Notes: a model not told the origin generated them from the sequence alone. A DNA stretch of 40,698 bases from an uncultured Bacilli bacterium (GCA_904420615.1 CAJFVY010000035.1:1-40698), one strand, 5' to 3'; positions 18,602 to 28,923 are shown, counted from the first letter of the stretch. Numbers and translations are program-made.

Positions 18602-18921
18602 AAAAATGATATTTTTTTCAAATACCAATATAAATATATACCAAAAAATACAAGTTGGCAAGCAAAAAGTGAGAATATTATGTATTTTTTACAATGGGAA
18701 GTACATACAATATCAAAAAAAATAAACTTTAATATACTAGTAAATCTAGTAACTTTTCCTATATATCTAATACTTTACCACTATTGTTTCTTCTAATTTT
18801 GCAACACATTGTTCAAACTGATATCGTGCAACTCTTTTTTCCATGTATTTTCTCACTAACTAGTAATAAAATCAAAGATATACATTTAAGAGCCATTTAA
18901 AATGGCCCTTACTAATTTATA

Positions 18922-19695
18922 TTAATGAGCATATTGAATAGTCTTATCCACTACTGTCTTAATATCACGTTCATTAAATGGTTTTCTAATGACATCAACA
19001 ATTGGATATTCAAATGCTTTTGCTAGTAAATCATTACTACCAAGACCTGTAATAATAGAAACTGGGATCTTATCAAATAAATTATTATTCTTAAAATATT
19101 CTAATACTTGGAAACCATTTACATTTGGCATATTAAGATCTAATAACATACCAACAATTTTAGTATTAGAAGAATTAATAATTCTTAAAGCTTCTTCTCC
19201 ATCACTAGCCATTAATACTTCAAATTGATTATTAAAAATCTTTTGAATAAAGTTCTTAATAACAGCTGAATCATCAACCACAATTAAAGCTCTATCTAAT
19301 TTGGGCATTGTATAAGTAGTTGTAGTTCCAACTTCTTCTAATCCTAAATATTGTTTTACTAAATGAACAATACGATCTAACTCTTGAATAAAAGAATCAA
19401 AATTTTCTGTCACATAGTACATATTATTTTGTTTACTAGCCATTTCATGTTGATAGGCAAGATCTGCTAAATGATCAAATCCAAAATATTTAGAATCACT
19501 CTTAAGTCCATGAACTAAGATAGAATAATTAGCCATATCTCCTGTTTCTTTATATTGTTTAATTTTAGATTCTTTTTCATCTACATCTTCTAAGAAATCA
19601 CTTAAAGTATCATCATAAGTTGCCATATCCCCAAATAACTCCAAACTTTTTTTTACATTTACTCCATTATTAATTAACAAATTTACATCTCTCAT
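18922..19695 (-). CDS. HPt plus receiver domain protein (no output domain)
   Basis: N-terminal VHGLKSDSKYFG...LADLAYQHE (HPt); C-terminal VDDS...LLDLNMPNVNG...ITG...KPF (REC). Confidence 0.88.
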   Translation of the reverse strand: MRDVNLLINNGVNVKKSLELFGDMATYDDTLSDFLEDVDEKESKIKQYKETGDMANYSILVHGLKSDSKYFGFDHLADLAYQHEMASKQNNMYYVTENFDSFIQELDRIVHLVKQYLGLEEVGTTTTYTMPKLDRALIVVDDSAVIKNFIQKIFNNQFEVLMASDGEEALRIINSSNTKIVGMLLDLNMPNVNGFQVLEYFKNNNLFDKIPVSIITGLGSNDLLAKAFEYPIVDVIRKPFNERDIKTVVDKTIQYAH

Positions 19696-21521
19696 TATTT
19701 TTCCTCCTTAGTTAAATATTTATCGAGAACTTCATCTAGTTCCTTTTTATTAATTGGTTTAGCCAAATAATCATCAAATCCTAAAGCTAAATAGTCTTCT
19801 TTCATACCACTAACAGCATTTGCAGTCAACACAACAACAGGTGTCTTAAAATCAGGATTTTCTTTCAATTTAGCAAATGTTTGTTTACCACTCATTACAG
19901 GCATCATATCATCCAATAAAATTAAATCATAATACTCACTAGCTACTTTGTCTAAACATTCTTGCCCACTCATGACTGAAGTAATATCAACTTTATATGG
20001 AACCAGTAGACGGCCTGCAACCTTTAAATTAAGTTTATTATCATCTACTATCAATACCTTCTTGCCAGGATAAATTTTAATTTCATTAGAAACTATCTCT
20101 TTCTTTTCTTGTGCTTTTTGAGTAACTATTCTTTGATCAATCGATACCGTAAACTTGCTTCCTTTACCATAAACACTTTGTACTACTAAACCGCCATGCA
20201 TTAATTCTACTAATTTTTTAGTGATTGCAAGCCCAAGACCAGTTCCTTCAATCGTAATATTCCGTTCCTCATCAAATCTCGTAAACTTATCAAAAAGCTT
20301 ATCAATTTTATCTTTTTTAATACCAATACCAGTATCTTCTACAGCAATAATTAACCTACATACATCATTATGAATAACAGAATTAACATAAAAATCAATA
20401 GAACCCTTTTCAGTATATTTTACAGCATTCGTTAGAATATTCAGTATAACTTGTTTTACTCTAGCATAATCTCCATATAGTGTATCAGGAATATCTTCTG
20501 AGAAGTGAGTTCGGAATTCAATTGGTTTTTCATTTCCTAACCTAGCTTTCGTAAGGACGACTAGTTCATTTAAAATTTGATATGGATGATACGTAGTATT
20601 TACAATTTCTAATTTACCTGCTTCAATTTTAGAAATATCTAGAATACCATTTACTATTTCTAAAAGGCTATCAGATGCCATTATAATATCTTTTACATCT
20701 TCTTTAGCTTTAGATGGTAAGCCTTCTTCCTCTGACAATACCTGGGAAAGACCTGTAATAGCATTAAGTGGTGTTCTAATTTCATGAGACATATTAGATA
20801 AAAATTCTGTCTTAGCCCTATTTGCTTTATCAGCTTGATTTCGAGCAATATTTAATTCTTCTATCATCTTCATATCTGGATTTTCAAGAGTAAAATACAT
20901 AAGGAAAGTAACAAAGGCTTCTACTGACGTCAAAAGAATCATAGATGGGAACATATATTGTATAAAAGTAGCTATAATACCTAAAAACATAAAAATAAAT
21001 AAGGGAAAGAATTTCTTAATATTAACACTACGAATATTACAAAGCATAACAATAATCATAGCAAAAATGCCTATAAACGATATAATATAAACACCATTAA
21101 CAGCAGGTCCATATGGGAAAATAGCATTTTTTTCTGTATTGAAATACATCGGCAATGCTATAACGCATAAAACAGACGCCAAAAATATGACTGTTAGTAT
21201 TTTTATTAATCGTTTACAGGCATTAAATGTCTTATCTTTTTTAGAGATAACAAAAACATACATAACAAATAAATACATCCATGACATAAAGTAAATCAAA
21301 ACGCTTTTAGTCAATAAAAAATAAATAATAGATGAGGTACTAACTCCTAAATAATTGATAATAAAACTAATATTATCTAAAAGTACACCGACTAGAGTCA
21401 CCACAATTAAAATAGAATAAATTTTATTTTCCAAATAATCAATCCGCTTTTTGGAATAATAAACTATTACTATTAAGAATATATAAAATAAACTGCACAC
21501 CGAAAATGCTAAACTATTCAT
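19695..21521 (-). CDS. Membrane-bound hybrid sensor histidine kinase (multi-TM, HisKA, HATPase, REC)
   Basis: About 7 hydrophobic segments, FLSNMSHEIRTPLN, NILTNAVKYT, DTGIG, GTGLGL, C-terminal VDDN...LLDDMMP...KP. Confidence 0.93.
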   Translation of the reverse strand: MNSLAFSVCSLFYIFLIVIVYYSKKRIDYLENKIYSILIVVTLVGVLLDNISFIINYLGVSTSSIIYFLLTKSVLIYFMSWMYLFVMYVFVISKKDKTFNACKRLIKILTVIFLASVLCVIALPMYFNTEKNAIFPYGPAVNGVYIISFIGIFAMIIVMLCNIRSVNIKKFFPLFIFMFLGIIATFIQYMFPSMILLTSVEAFVTFLMYFTLENPDMKMIEELNIARNQADKANRAKTEFLSNMSHEIRTPLNAITGLSQVLSEEEGLPSKAKEDVKDIIMASDSLLEIVNGILDISKIEAGKLEIVNTTYHPYQILNELVVLTKARLGNEKPIEFRTHFSEDIPDTLYGDYARVKQVILNILTNAVKYTEKGSIDFYVNSVIHNDVCRLIIAVEDTGIGIKKDKIDKLFDKFTRFDEERNITIEGTGLGLAITKKLVELMHGGLVVQSVYGKGSKFTVSIDQRIVTQKAQEKKEIVSNEIKIYPGKKVLIVDDNKLNLKVAGRLLVPYKVDITSVMSGQECLDKVASEYYDLILLDDMMPVMSGKQTFAKLKENPDFKTPVVVLTANAVSGMKEDYLALGFDDYLAKPINKKELDEVLDKYLTKEEK

Positions 21522-21653
21522 ATTCTACACTTCCTATTTCTATATTAAGTATGCCACAGAAATATTTTGAACGCAACAAATTGTTTATTTTTTAACAGTT
21601 TATTTTACATTTTATAGGTAAATTAAAATAAGCAGAATAAACTGCTTATTTAA

Positions 21654-23477
21654 CTATTTTTTTACTTTCACATTTTGTTTTGTTGTATTTTCGGAATATT
21701 TTATTTGTGCAATGGCTTGTATCTCTAAAGTACGAAAATCAATTTTACCATTAGGTGTATAAAGTAGTTTATCAACGGATTCAACATATCCTGGAACAAC
21801 CTCAGCTGATATAGATTTAGCAACAAAATCAGTTACATATTTTTTTAATTCATTTTCAGATAGTTTATTTTTGTAGTTTTCTTTTAATACTGTATATACA
21901 TAAGGAACTGTTCTGCGAACCTCATCCGGAACTCCTACTACTACACATTGATCAATAAATGGTAAGTGACTAATAGCTTCTTCCATTATTGGTGGATAGA
22001 CTTTATCAACTCCACATACAAATTGTCTCTTATAGCGTCCTTCAACATGAATCTCACCATCATGATCTATAGAACCAAAATCTCCTGTATAAAACCAGCC
22101 ATCTTTAAAGGCCTTAGCCGTTTCTTCAGGATTATTGTAATAACCCAAAGCCATGGATCTACCTGTTACGACAATTTCACTACGTTGATCATACTTTAAT
22201 TCCTCACCTGTTTCACGATCAACAATTTTGACATTATTGAAAGGAAGTGGATAGCCTACTGTACCAATTTTATTCTTTTCACCACATTTTACTGCAACTA
22301 CTCCACACATTTCAGTATTACCATAACCATTAAATATAGCATTTTTCATACCACGATTCAAATAAAATTGGTTTAACTCATTATATTTACTTATATTTAA
22401 TTTCTCGCCACCAGTTACCGCTACTTTAACATATGATAAGTCGGCATGTTGTAGTTCTCTACTTTTAGCTCCTGCTTCATAATGGATAGGACCGCCATAA
22501 ATTACGTTTGGTTTTAGTTCTACAATTTCTTTACCAAAAGTAGCTGGAGAAGAAGTAGGAAGCATATACATATGTAAACGCTTACATAAAGACAAATGCA
22601 TTGTTGAAAGACCATATGCCATAAATTGTGGTAATGGATTATATAGGGTATCTCCTGCCACTACATCACCCATTAGATATTTATGTTGATAAACAGTAGC
22701 ATTAAGAGCATCATCTGATAAAATAACTCCTTTATGTACTCCAGTAGTTCCACCAGTATGAACCATTAAGAAACCACCATTGCTAGCCAAAGCACATTCT
22801 ACCATTTTACTATCTTTAAACATGTTAATATACTTATTTTTTTTAGAAAGTGGAAGGTTTCCTTCAAAAAAGTATTTCAAATTAGCTACATTTTCAAACA
22901 ACTTAAATTTGATATCTTTATCCTCTTTTTTTATAGCAGATTGAAGTGGTGATACGATAGAAACAAAATCTAAAGGATGTTCTTTTCTGATTTTTTTAAC
23001 ACTACTATATACATTATTAATTCCTAGAAAAGCTTTTACATCACCATTTACAATATCATGTCTTAAAGTTTCTAAATTAGAGCGTGGATCAATATTGCAT
23101 GGTATAGCACCAATTTTATTTAAAGCATAAATAGCATAAACAGATTCTGGCATATTAGCAAGAGCTAATCCTACGATATCTCCCTTTGTAATTCCTTTCT
23201 TAATAAAAGCTTTTTGAAACTCTTCTATTCTAGTATGAATTTCTTCTGCCGTTATTTTATTCTTAATATATTCAATTAATATATCATTCATATGATCTTT
23301 TGTAGATTCATAAAAATAATCATATAAAGACATCTTAGGAAAATCAGTTTCTGATATTCCTTCTGGATAATGTTTTAACCATGGTTTATCAATACTTGGA
23401 TACCCTGTTAAAGTGTTTTTTAAAGCATAATCTTTAGCTTTAAAGTTTTCATTTGCTACTTCTAAATTTTTCATCAA
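21654..23477 (-). CDS. Class I adenylate-forming enzyme (acyl-CoA ligase-like)
   Basis: HTGGTTGVHKGV P-loop, GYGNTE, WFYTGDFG, GRYK, PNGKID; AGGAGG RBS. Confidence 0.9.
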   Translation of the reverse strand: MMKNLEVANENFKAKDYALKNTLTGYPSIDKPWLKHYPEGISETDFPKMSLYDYFYESTKDHMNDILIEYIKNKITAEEIHTRIEEFQKAFIKKGITKGDIVGLALANMPESVYAIYALNKIGAIPCNIDPRSNLETLRHDIVNGDVKAFLGINNVYSSVKKIRKEHPLDFVSIVSPLQSAIKKEDKDIKFKLFENVANLKYFFEGNLPLSKKNKYINMFKDSKMVECALASNGGFLMVHTGGTTGVHKGVILSDDALNATVYQHKYLMGDVVAGDTLYNPLPQFMAYGLSTMHLSLCKRLHMYMLPTSSPATFGKEIVELKPNVIYGGPIHYEAGAKSRELQHADLSYVKVAVTGGEKLNISKYNELNQFYLNRGMKNAIFNGYGNTEMCGVVAVKCGEKNKIGTVGYPLPFNNVKIVDRETGEELKYDQRSEIVVTGRSMALGYYNNPEETAKAFKDGWFYTGDFGSIDHDGEIHVEGRYKRQFVCGVDKVYPPIMEEAISHLPFIDQCVVVGVPDEVRRTVPYVYTVLKENYKNKLSENELKKYVTDFVAKSISAEVVPGYVESVDKLLYTPNGKIDFRTLEIQAIAQIKYSENTTKQNVKVKK

Positions 23478-23607
23478 CTATTCCTCCTAAAAATAAAAGA
23501 GATGGTTCTTTCCATCTCTTTTTTATTACCTATCGAGAGAAGGAGCGAGCAAAATATTAAATTATAATACTTCTACAACGTCAATACTTCTCCGACATTT
23601 GTAGACT

Positions 23608-23635
23608 ATTATATTGGCATTTAATAAAATGTCAA
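23608..23635 (-). promoter_or_regulatory. Consensus sigma-A promoter upstream of the structured leader of the adenylate-forming enzyme
   Basis: TTGACA-16 nt-TATAAT on the minus strand. Confidence 0.75.
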
Positions 23636-23835
23636 GTATTTTGCGTTACTTTCTCGAGTTCATCACGGCAATAAGATTTTACTTCATGATTTTCAAGTTC
23701 TACTTGTAACAGATTACCAATTTTAAAGACGATCGTCCCTACTTCTTTGGTATCAACTACCATTACCGTATCATCTACGTAAAAATCATCATTATCATTA
23801 TCGTCATATGTTGTATTTCTAACAATCAAGCCCAT
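23632..23835 (-). CDS. Small hypothetical protein (67 aa, possibly KOW/SH3-like)
   Basis: GAAGGAG RBS; F.VDD.V.V...KEVGTIV pattern. Confidence 0.6.
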   Translation of the reverse strand: MGLIVRNTTYDDNDNDDFYVDDTVMVVDTKEVGTIVFKIGNLLQVELENHEVKSYCRDELEKVTQNT

Positions 23836-23900
23836 AAAAATCTCCTTCTCATCTTAATTAGAGTATAACATATTTTTTTATTAATACAAAGAAAAAAAGC

Positions 23901-24119
23901 TTACGCTTCTTGTTTTTCTTCATCTTTTGTTACAACAACTTTACCTTTGTAACTTCCACAATTAGGGCAAACACGATGAGGTTTAATCATTTCACCGCAA
24001 TTAGAACATTTAACCATACCAGGTAGATCTAAAGCATTATGACTCCTTCTCATTCTCTTTCTTGTCTTTGATACTTTTCTAAAAGGTACAGCAAACATTT
24101 GAATTTCTAATTTTAACAT
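23901..24119 (-). CDS. rpmF: 50S ribosomal protein L32 (Zn-ribbon type) with 9-aa N-terminal extension
   Basis: [22 protein letters not shown]...[13 protein letters not shown]. Start placed at ATG 24119 by the AAGGAGTGA RBS, not at 24194. Confidence 0.95.
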   Translation of the reverse strand: MLKLEIQMFAVPFRKVSKTRKRMRRSHNALDLPGMVKCSNCGEMIKPHRVCPNCGSYKGKVVVTKDEEKQEA

Positions 24120-24138
24120 GTTTTCACTCCTTCCTATA

Positions 24139-24585
24139 TTAAAGCAAATCTTTAAATGGATTTTCTTTAACTGGACCTTGATATTCGTCTTCACTTATCA
24201 CTTTCCAGCCATCCCCAGAGAATTGTTCATAGTTTGTTACTAATGAATAATGCATAGGGATCTCTAGTAGAATATTTTCCCATAAAATGGCTAGAATATC
24301 AAGTCTATTTTCATCTTTTTTTAAATTTTCGGTAACATCTTCCTCTATTTCACAAGAAAATGGATAACTTACCTCTTCTAATGAAACAGAATCTGGAATT
24401 ACCATGGTACCAGAAATTATAGCATTTAAAGTTAATTTTTCTTCAAAATAAGTTAATTCACCTTTTATATTTACCGGATCTAACTTTATAATTTCATTAT
24501 CTTTATATATATCTTTAGGAATTTCAATTGTTTCATCTATTGGTAAACTGGTAGTTGCACCTTGTAATAATTCTGTTATTATCAT
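24139..24585 (-). CDS. YceD/DUF177 family protein
   Basis: [30 protein letters not shown]; conserved position upstream of rpmF. Confidence 0.88.
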   Translation of the reverse strand: MIITELLQGATTSLPIDETIEIPKDIYKDNEIIKLDPVNIKGELTYFEEKLTLNAIISGTMVIPDSVSLEEVSYPFSCEIEEDVTENLKKDENRLDILAILWENILLEIPMHYSLVTNYEQFSGDGWKVISEDEYQGPVKENPFKDLL

Positions 24586-24593
24586 AATCTTAC

Positions 24594-25103
24594 CTATTTC
24601 TTTAACATCATAACAAACATCATGATGATACTAAATCCTAAAGACATATTTTCTTTTAATACGCATGTTTTTTCATACACACTCACTACATCATCCACTA
24701 AGTCAACAATCCAACTTTCTAAATATTTCGGAATATGTCTTCCAACCGGAAACATATGAGCTTTAATAATATCTTCTTCTAGTTGAGTAAGTTCAAAATG
24801 TTTCTTTGAATTTTCCAAAGCAACATTGGGATGATTTACTAGCCTTTTTACTTTCCCCTCATCATTTATATCTTCGAAAAAAAAGTCATGCAAAGCTGCT
24901 GCTCGTGCTGTCTCTTTATAATTTAAGCGTAAAGCTTTTGTAATTCTATATGAATAATAACTGACTCTTATCATATGATCATAACGATTCATACCATGAT
25001 GAATGCAGTCTTTTGTTTTTTGATATTCTTCATTTTCAATGATTGGCATGATGACTTGATTAAATTCTCGATCATAATAATTTGTTTTAATTTTCATCAA
25101 CAA
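24594..25103 (-). CDS. HD-domain phosphohydrolase
   Basis: HHGMNRYDHMIRVS, AALHDFF, HP..AL, IIKAHMFP, ESWIVDLVD. Confidence 0.88.
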   Translation of the reverse strand: MLMKIKTNYYDREFNQVIMPIIENEEYQKTKDCIHHGMNRYDHMIRVSYYSYRITKALRLNYKETARAAALHDFFFEDINDEGKVKRLVNHPNVALENSKKHFELTQLEEDIIKAHMFPVGRHIPKYLESWIVDLVDDVVSVYEKTCVLKENMSLGFSIIMMFVMMLKK

Positions 25104-25249
25104 TCCTACTTTCTTTCAAACATAGATAGTTTAGCATACTTTTTTTCTTTTTTCAAGAAAAGATTATTGCTTCCATAATATTGACTGTCAACTAACTACA
25201 GTATTATATGAAAAATAAAGCGAATATATTATGTTATTCTGTTATTCAT

Positions 25250-26314
25250 TTAATCTGTAATTTGATTTTTAACAATCTTTACACCTTTTTTGATATCATT
25301 TTTAAAGAAACGATAACTAGCAGATATTAAAATATATACTGGAAGTGCTACCACGATACCTAAAAATCCACCCAAGGTACCACCTACTGATACTGCCATA
25401 ATGGTAACTAATGGATTGACTTTATTGGTTTTACCATATACTTTTGGTGATATAAAATAGCCATCGATTTGTGGAAAAATAATACATACTACTAAAGTAG
25501 CAATAAATACTTGCATACTAACTGTAGATGCTATTAAAAGGGCTAATAAATTGGTAACTAAACCACCAAAGTATGGAATAACAGAGGCAATACAAGCTAA
25601 GAAACCAAAAAATAGCCAATATGGATGTCCCACTAAGAAAAACACGATAGAATATTCAAAAAATTGAATAATCATAAATAGACCAAGACCTTTTAAATAA
25701 TTTCCAAATTCTTTATCTAATGTTTTAACATATTGATACCATTTTCTTTTTGTACTTCTTAAAAAGTCTTTGATTGCTGTTCTAATTTTATCCATATATG
25801 CTAAAAAATAAATAGTAACTACAGTTATAATAACAGCTTGTCCTAGGAATGAGACAGTTTTTCCAACAAAATCAATGGTTCCTTGTTGAATAATATTGCC
25901 AAGTCCATGAATAAGACTATCTAAGTAAGAATCTACTCCACTTTCTAAATCAGATAAATTCAAATTAAATTTAGCACCAATATCTTGAATGACAGTCCCA
26001 ATACTAGAAGAAAAAGAAACTAATTGGTTATATAAAAGTGGTAGACTAATTATTAAGATCAGAGCAATTAATAAAAAGAATCCCACAACGACAGCTGTAA
26101 TTGCTAATGACTTTCTAACTCCTTTTTTTTGTAACCAATTGACTAGTGGATGTAATGCGTAAGCAATGACAAAGGCAATTAAAAATGGCATACAAACACT
26201 TATTACTGACATAAGTATATTAAACCAAGTTCCTATATTAGTTACACAGATATATAACAATCCCATTAATATTAAAAAGTTTAATAGCTTATAGTTTAGT
26301 CTATTCTTATACAT
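25250..26314 (-). CDS. AI-2E family transporter
   Basis: PFLIAFVIAYALHPLV, IPYFG, Q..G.FISPKVYG, GFLGIVVALP. Confidence 0.9.
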   Translation of the reverse strand: MYKNRLNYKLLNFLILMGLLYICVTNIGTWFNILMSVISVCMPFLIAFVIAYALHPLVNWLQKKGVRKSLAITAVVVGFFLLIALILIISLPLLYNQLVSFSSSIGTVIQDIGAKFNLNLSDLESGVDSYLDSLIHGLGNIIQQGTIDFVGKTVSFLGQAVIITVVTIYFLAYMDKIRTAIKDFLRSTKRKWYQYVKTLDKEFGNYLKGLGLFMIIQFFEYSIVFFLVGHPYWLFFGFLACIASVIPYFGGLVTNLLALLIASTVSMQVFIATLVVCIIFPQIDGYFISPKVYGKTNKVNPLVTIMAVSVGGTLGGFLGIVVALPVYILISASYRFFKNDIKKGVKIVKNQITD

Positions 26315-26318
26315 TTTT

Positions 26319-26750
26319 TCACCTCTCTATCACAATTGTTACGGGTCCATCATTTATAGAACTAATTTGCATATTAGCTCCAAATACACCTGTTTTTGTC
26401 TTAATTTCTTTATTTAACATCTCATTAAAGTATTGATAAAGCAAGGAAGCCTTTGGCTTTGCAAGTGCTCTTGCAAAACTAGGACGATTGCCGCTTTCTA
26501 AAGTTGCATATAAAGTAAACTGTGGAATAGATAAAATTTCACCATCTACATCTTTTACTGATAACGTCATTTTTCCATTCTCATCAAAAATGCGCAAGTG
26601 GATAATTTTATTTACCATCCACAAAATTTTCTCTTTATTATCTCCTTCTTCAAAAGCTACTAAAAGCAAGAGCCCTTTTTCTATACTACTAAATGTCTTA
26701 TTTTTAATAATACAGCTAGCATTTTTACAACGTTCTACAATTACTTTCAT
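26319..26750 (-). CDS. dtd: D-aminoacyl-tRNA deacylase
   Basis: LRIFDE, QFTLY, GNRPSF, GVFGANM, NDGPVT; directly after rel. Confidence 0.95.
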   Translation of the reverse strand: MKVIVERCKNASCIIKNKTFSSIEKGLLLLVAFEEGDNKEKILWMVNKIIHLRIFDENGKMTLSVKDVDGEILSIPQFTLYATLESGNRPSFARALAKPKASLLYQYFNEMLNKEIKTKTGVFGANMQISSINDGPVTIVIER

Positions 26751-28903
26751 TGAATTAACCTCTCAACATTATCAATATATGGTTCTTTTTTTAATTCTAG
26801 TAATAATTTATTTAAATGATCTAAATTACGTACATAACTAGTCATTTCATAGACATTTGTACTACCCTTTGTAATTACCTTTACAGCATCTATATTAACA
26901 TCTAATTTACTAGTTATTTTAATAATATCTGCTAATTTATTTTCATTGGTATTAGAGTATACAATTAAGTCTGTTTCATATTTAGAGTTTGGCTTATTTG
27001 TCCAAGATACTTCTATACATCTATCTTCCATTCTAGCTAAATTATGACAGTTACTCCTATGGATACTAATTCCATTTCCTCTTGTAATATAACCAATAAT
27101 GGGATCACCATAAACAGGATCACAACAAGATGCAAAACTTACTTTAATATTGTCGATACCTGCAACCATAACATCAGATGAAGTTTCTGAAAGTTTAATT
27201 GGAGCTGGACTTTTTGGTTTTTCTTCCTCTTCTTCTTCGGGTTTAAATACAACCTGAATAACAGTATGTGCTCCGTAATGACCATTACCAATATTTAAAT
27301 AAAGGTCTTCTACATCTTCTAATTTTAGAGTAGCAAACACTTTCTTTAAATTTTCTTCTTTCATAAATTCTTGAATACTATATTTTTGTTTACGTAATTC
27401 TTTTTCTAAGATATCCTTACCACGTTCTATCAAGACTTCATGTTCACTTTTAGAAAAATAACTTCTGATTTTATTTCTAGCCTGTGTTGTTTTTACGATA
27501 TTTAACCATTCTTTACTTGGATGAGATGTTTTATTGGTATTAATTTTAACAATATCATTATTTTTGAGTTCATAATTCAAAGGAACGATCTGGCCATTAA
27601 CAATAGCCCCGACAGTAGTTTCTCCTACTTTAGTATGTACACGATAAGCAAAATCTAGTGGTGTTGCACCCTGTGGTAACTCAATTACATCCCCCTTTGG
27701 AGTAAAGACATAAATATTATTATTTAATACTTCATCCTTAACACTATTCACAAAGTCTTCACTACTCATTTTATCTTGAGATAATTCAATAATAGATTTG
27801 AAAAATTGTAATTTTTGTTCTGTAGTAGACTGTAAATTGGCTGTTACCTTAGAGCCACCATTTTCTTTATAAGCCCAGTGAGAGGCTATACCATTCTCAG
27901 CTACTTCATCCATTTCATATGTTCTTATTTGAATTTCAAATAAATAACCATCAATTCCAAAGACAGTCGTATGCAAAGACTGATACATATTAGGTTTTGG
28001 CATAGCAATATAGTCTTTAAAACGATTAGGAATAGGACGAAACTTAGCATGAATAATTCCGAGTGATAAGTAACAGTCTTGTTCCGTATCAACTAAAATA
28101 CGTAATGCTAATAAATCATAGATATCACTAAACTTACGACCATGATCTAATTTATTATAAATACTATATATACTTTTAGAACGTCCCTTTATTTGATGTG
28201 GAATATTATGTTCATTCAATAATTCACTTACTTCTTTTAACATATCATTAACAGCTGCATCACGTTCTACTTTTGTTTTATTTAGTTTTTCAGCAATATC
28301 ATAAAAAACAGCTGGTTTTAAATAGCGTAGACATAAATCTTCTAATTCACTTTTTATTTTATGAATACCTAAATGATGAGCAATAGGAGCAAATATTTCA
28401 AGAGTTTCTCTTGCTTTCTTCTTTTGTTTATCTAATGGTAGCGCCCAAAGAGTACGCATATTGTGCAAACGATCAGCTAGTTTGATAATAATAACTCTTA
28501 CATCCTCACTCATACCAACAATAATCTTCTTATAATATTCAATTAAATAATCATTATCAGTTGCAAAATGTATTCGACTCAACTTAGTAACGCCATCTAC
28601 AAGTTTAAAAACTGTATCACCAAAATTTTCTTTTATTTCTTCTTCACTACAGTCACAATCTTCTAAAACATCATGAAGTAAAGCTGCTTCAATACTTTCT
28701 TTATCAGCATAAACAGTTGTTAAAATATAAGCAACATTTAGGGGATGAATAATATATTCTTCCCCACTCTTTCGAAATTGTCCTCTATGTTTTTCTTTGG
28801 CAAATAAATAGGCTTTTCTAATCTCTTCTTGATCTTTTGAATCCTTCGTATAAAAACTTACTTTTTCCATTAAATCATTAATCGTAATATTTTTTCTTAC
28901 CAT
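26747..28903 (-). CDS. relA: Bifunctional (p)ppGpp synthetase/hydrolase Rel
   Basis: H.GQ.RKSGE.YI.HP, HDVLED intact hydrolase, RFKD, YQSLHT, EIQIRT, TGS, CC and ACT domains. Confidence 0.97.
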   Translation of the reverse strand: MVRKNITINDLMEKVSFYTKDSKDQEEIRKAYLFAKEKHRGQFRKSGEEYIIHPLNVAYILTTVYADKESIEAALLHDVLEDCDCSEEEIKENFGDTVFKLVDGVTKLSRIHFATDNDYLIEYYKKIIVGMSEDVRVIIIKLADRLHNMRTLWALPLDKQKKKARETLEIFAPIAHHLGIHKIKSELEDLCLRYLKPAVFYDIAEKLNKTKVERDAAVNDMLKEVSELLNEHNIPHQIKGRSKSIYSIYNKLDHGRKFSDIYDLLALRILVDTEQDCYLSLGIIHAKFRPIPNRFKDYIAMPKPNMYQSLHTTVFGIDGYLFEIQIRTYEMDEVAENGIASHWAYKENGGSKVTANLQSTTEQKLQFFKSIIELSQDKMSSEDFVNSVKDEVLNNNIYVFTPKGDVIELPQGATPLDFAYRVHTKVGETTVGAIVNGQIVPLNYELKNNDIVKINTNKTSHPSKEWLNIVKTTQARNKIRSYFSKSEHEVLIERGKDILEKELRKQKYSIQEFMKEENLKKVFATLKLEDVEDLYLNIGNGHYGAHTVIQVVFKPEEEEEEKPKSPAPIKLSETSSDVMVAGIDNIKVSFASCCDPVYGDPIIGYITRGNGISIHRSNCHNLARMEDRCIEVSWTNKPNSKYETDLIVYSNTNENKLADIIKITSKLDVNIDAVKVITKGSTNVYEMTSYVRNLDHLNKLLLELKKEPYIDNVERLIQ

Positions 28904-28923
28904 TTAGAAAAACCTCCTTTTTC

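Noticed and set aside
18428-18796. 122-aa plus-strand ORF
   Set aside because: Runs antisense across tRNA-Arg and its terminator; translation contains the typical tRNA-shadow text (GFEPLTPALEGRCSIQLSY).
24120-24194. Longer 97-aa start for rpmF in the ORF track
   Set aside because: Overlaps yceD and lacks a good RBS; the strong RBS points to ATG 24119.
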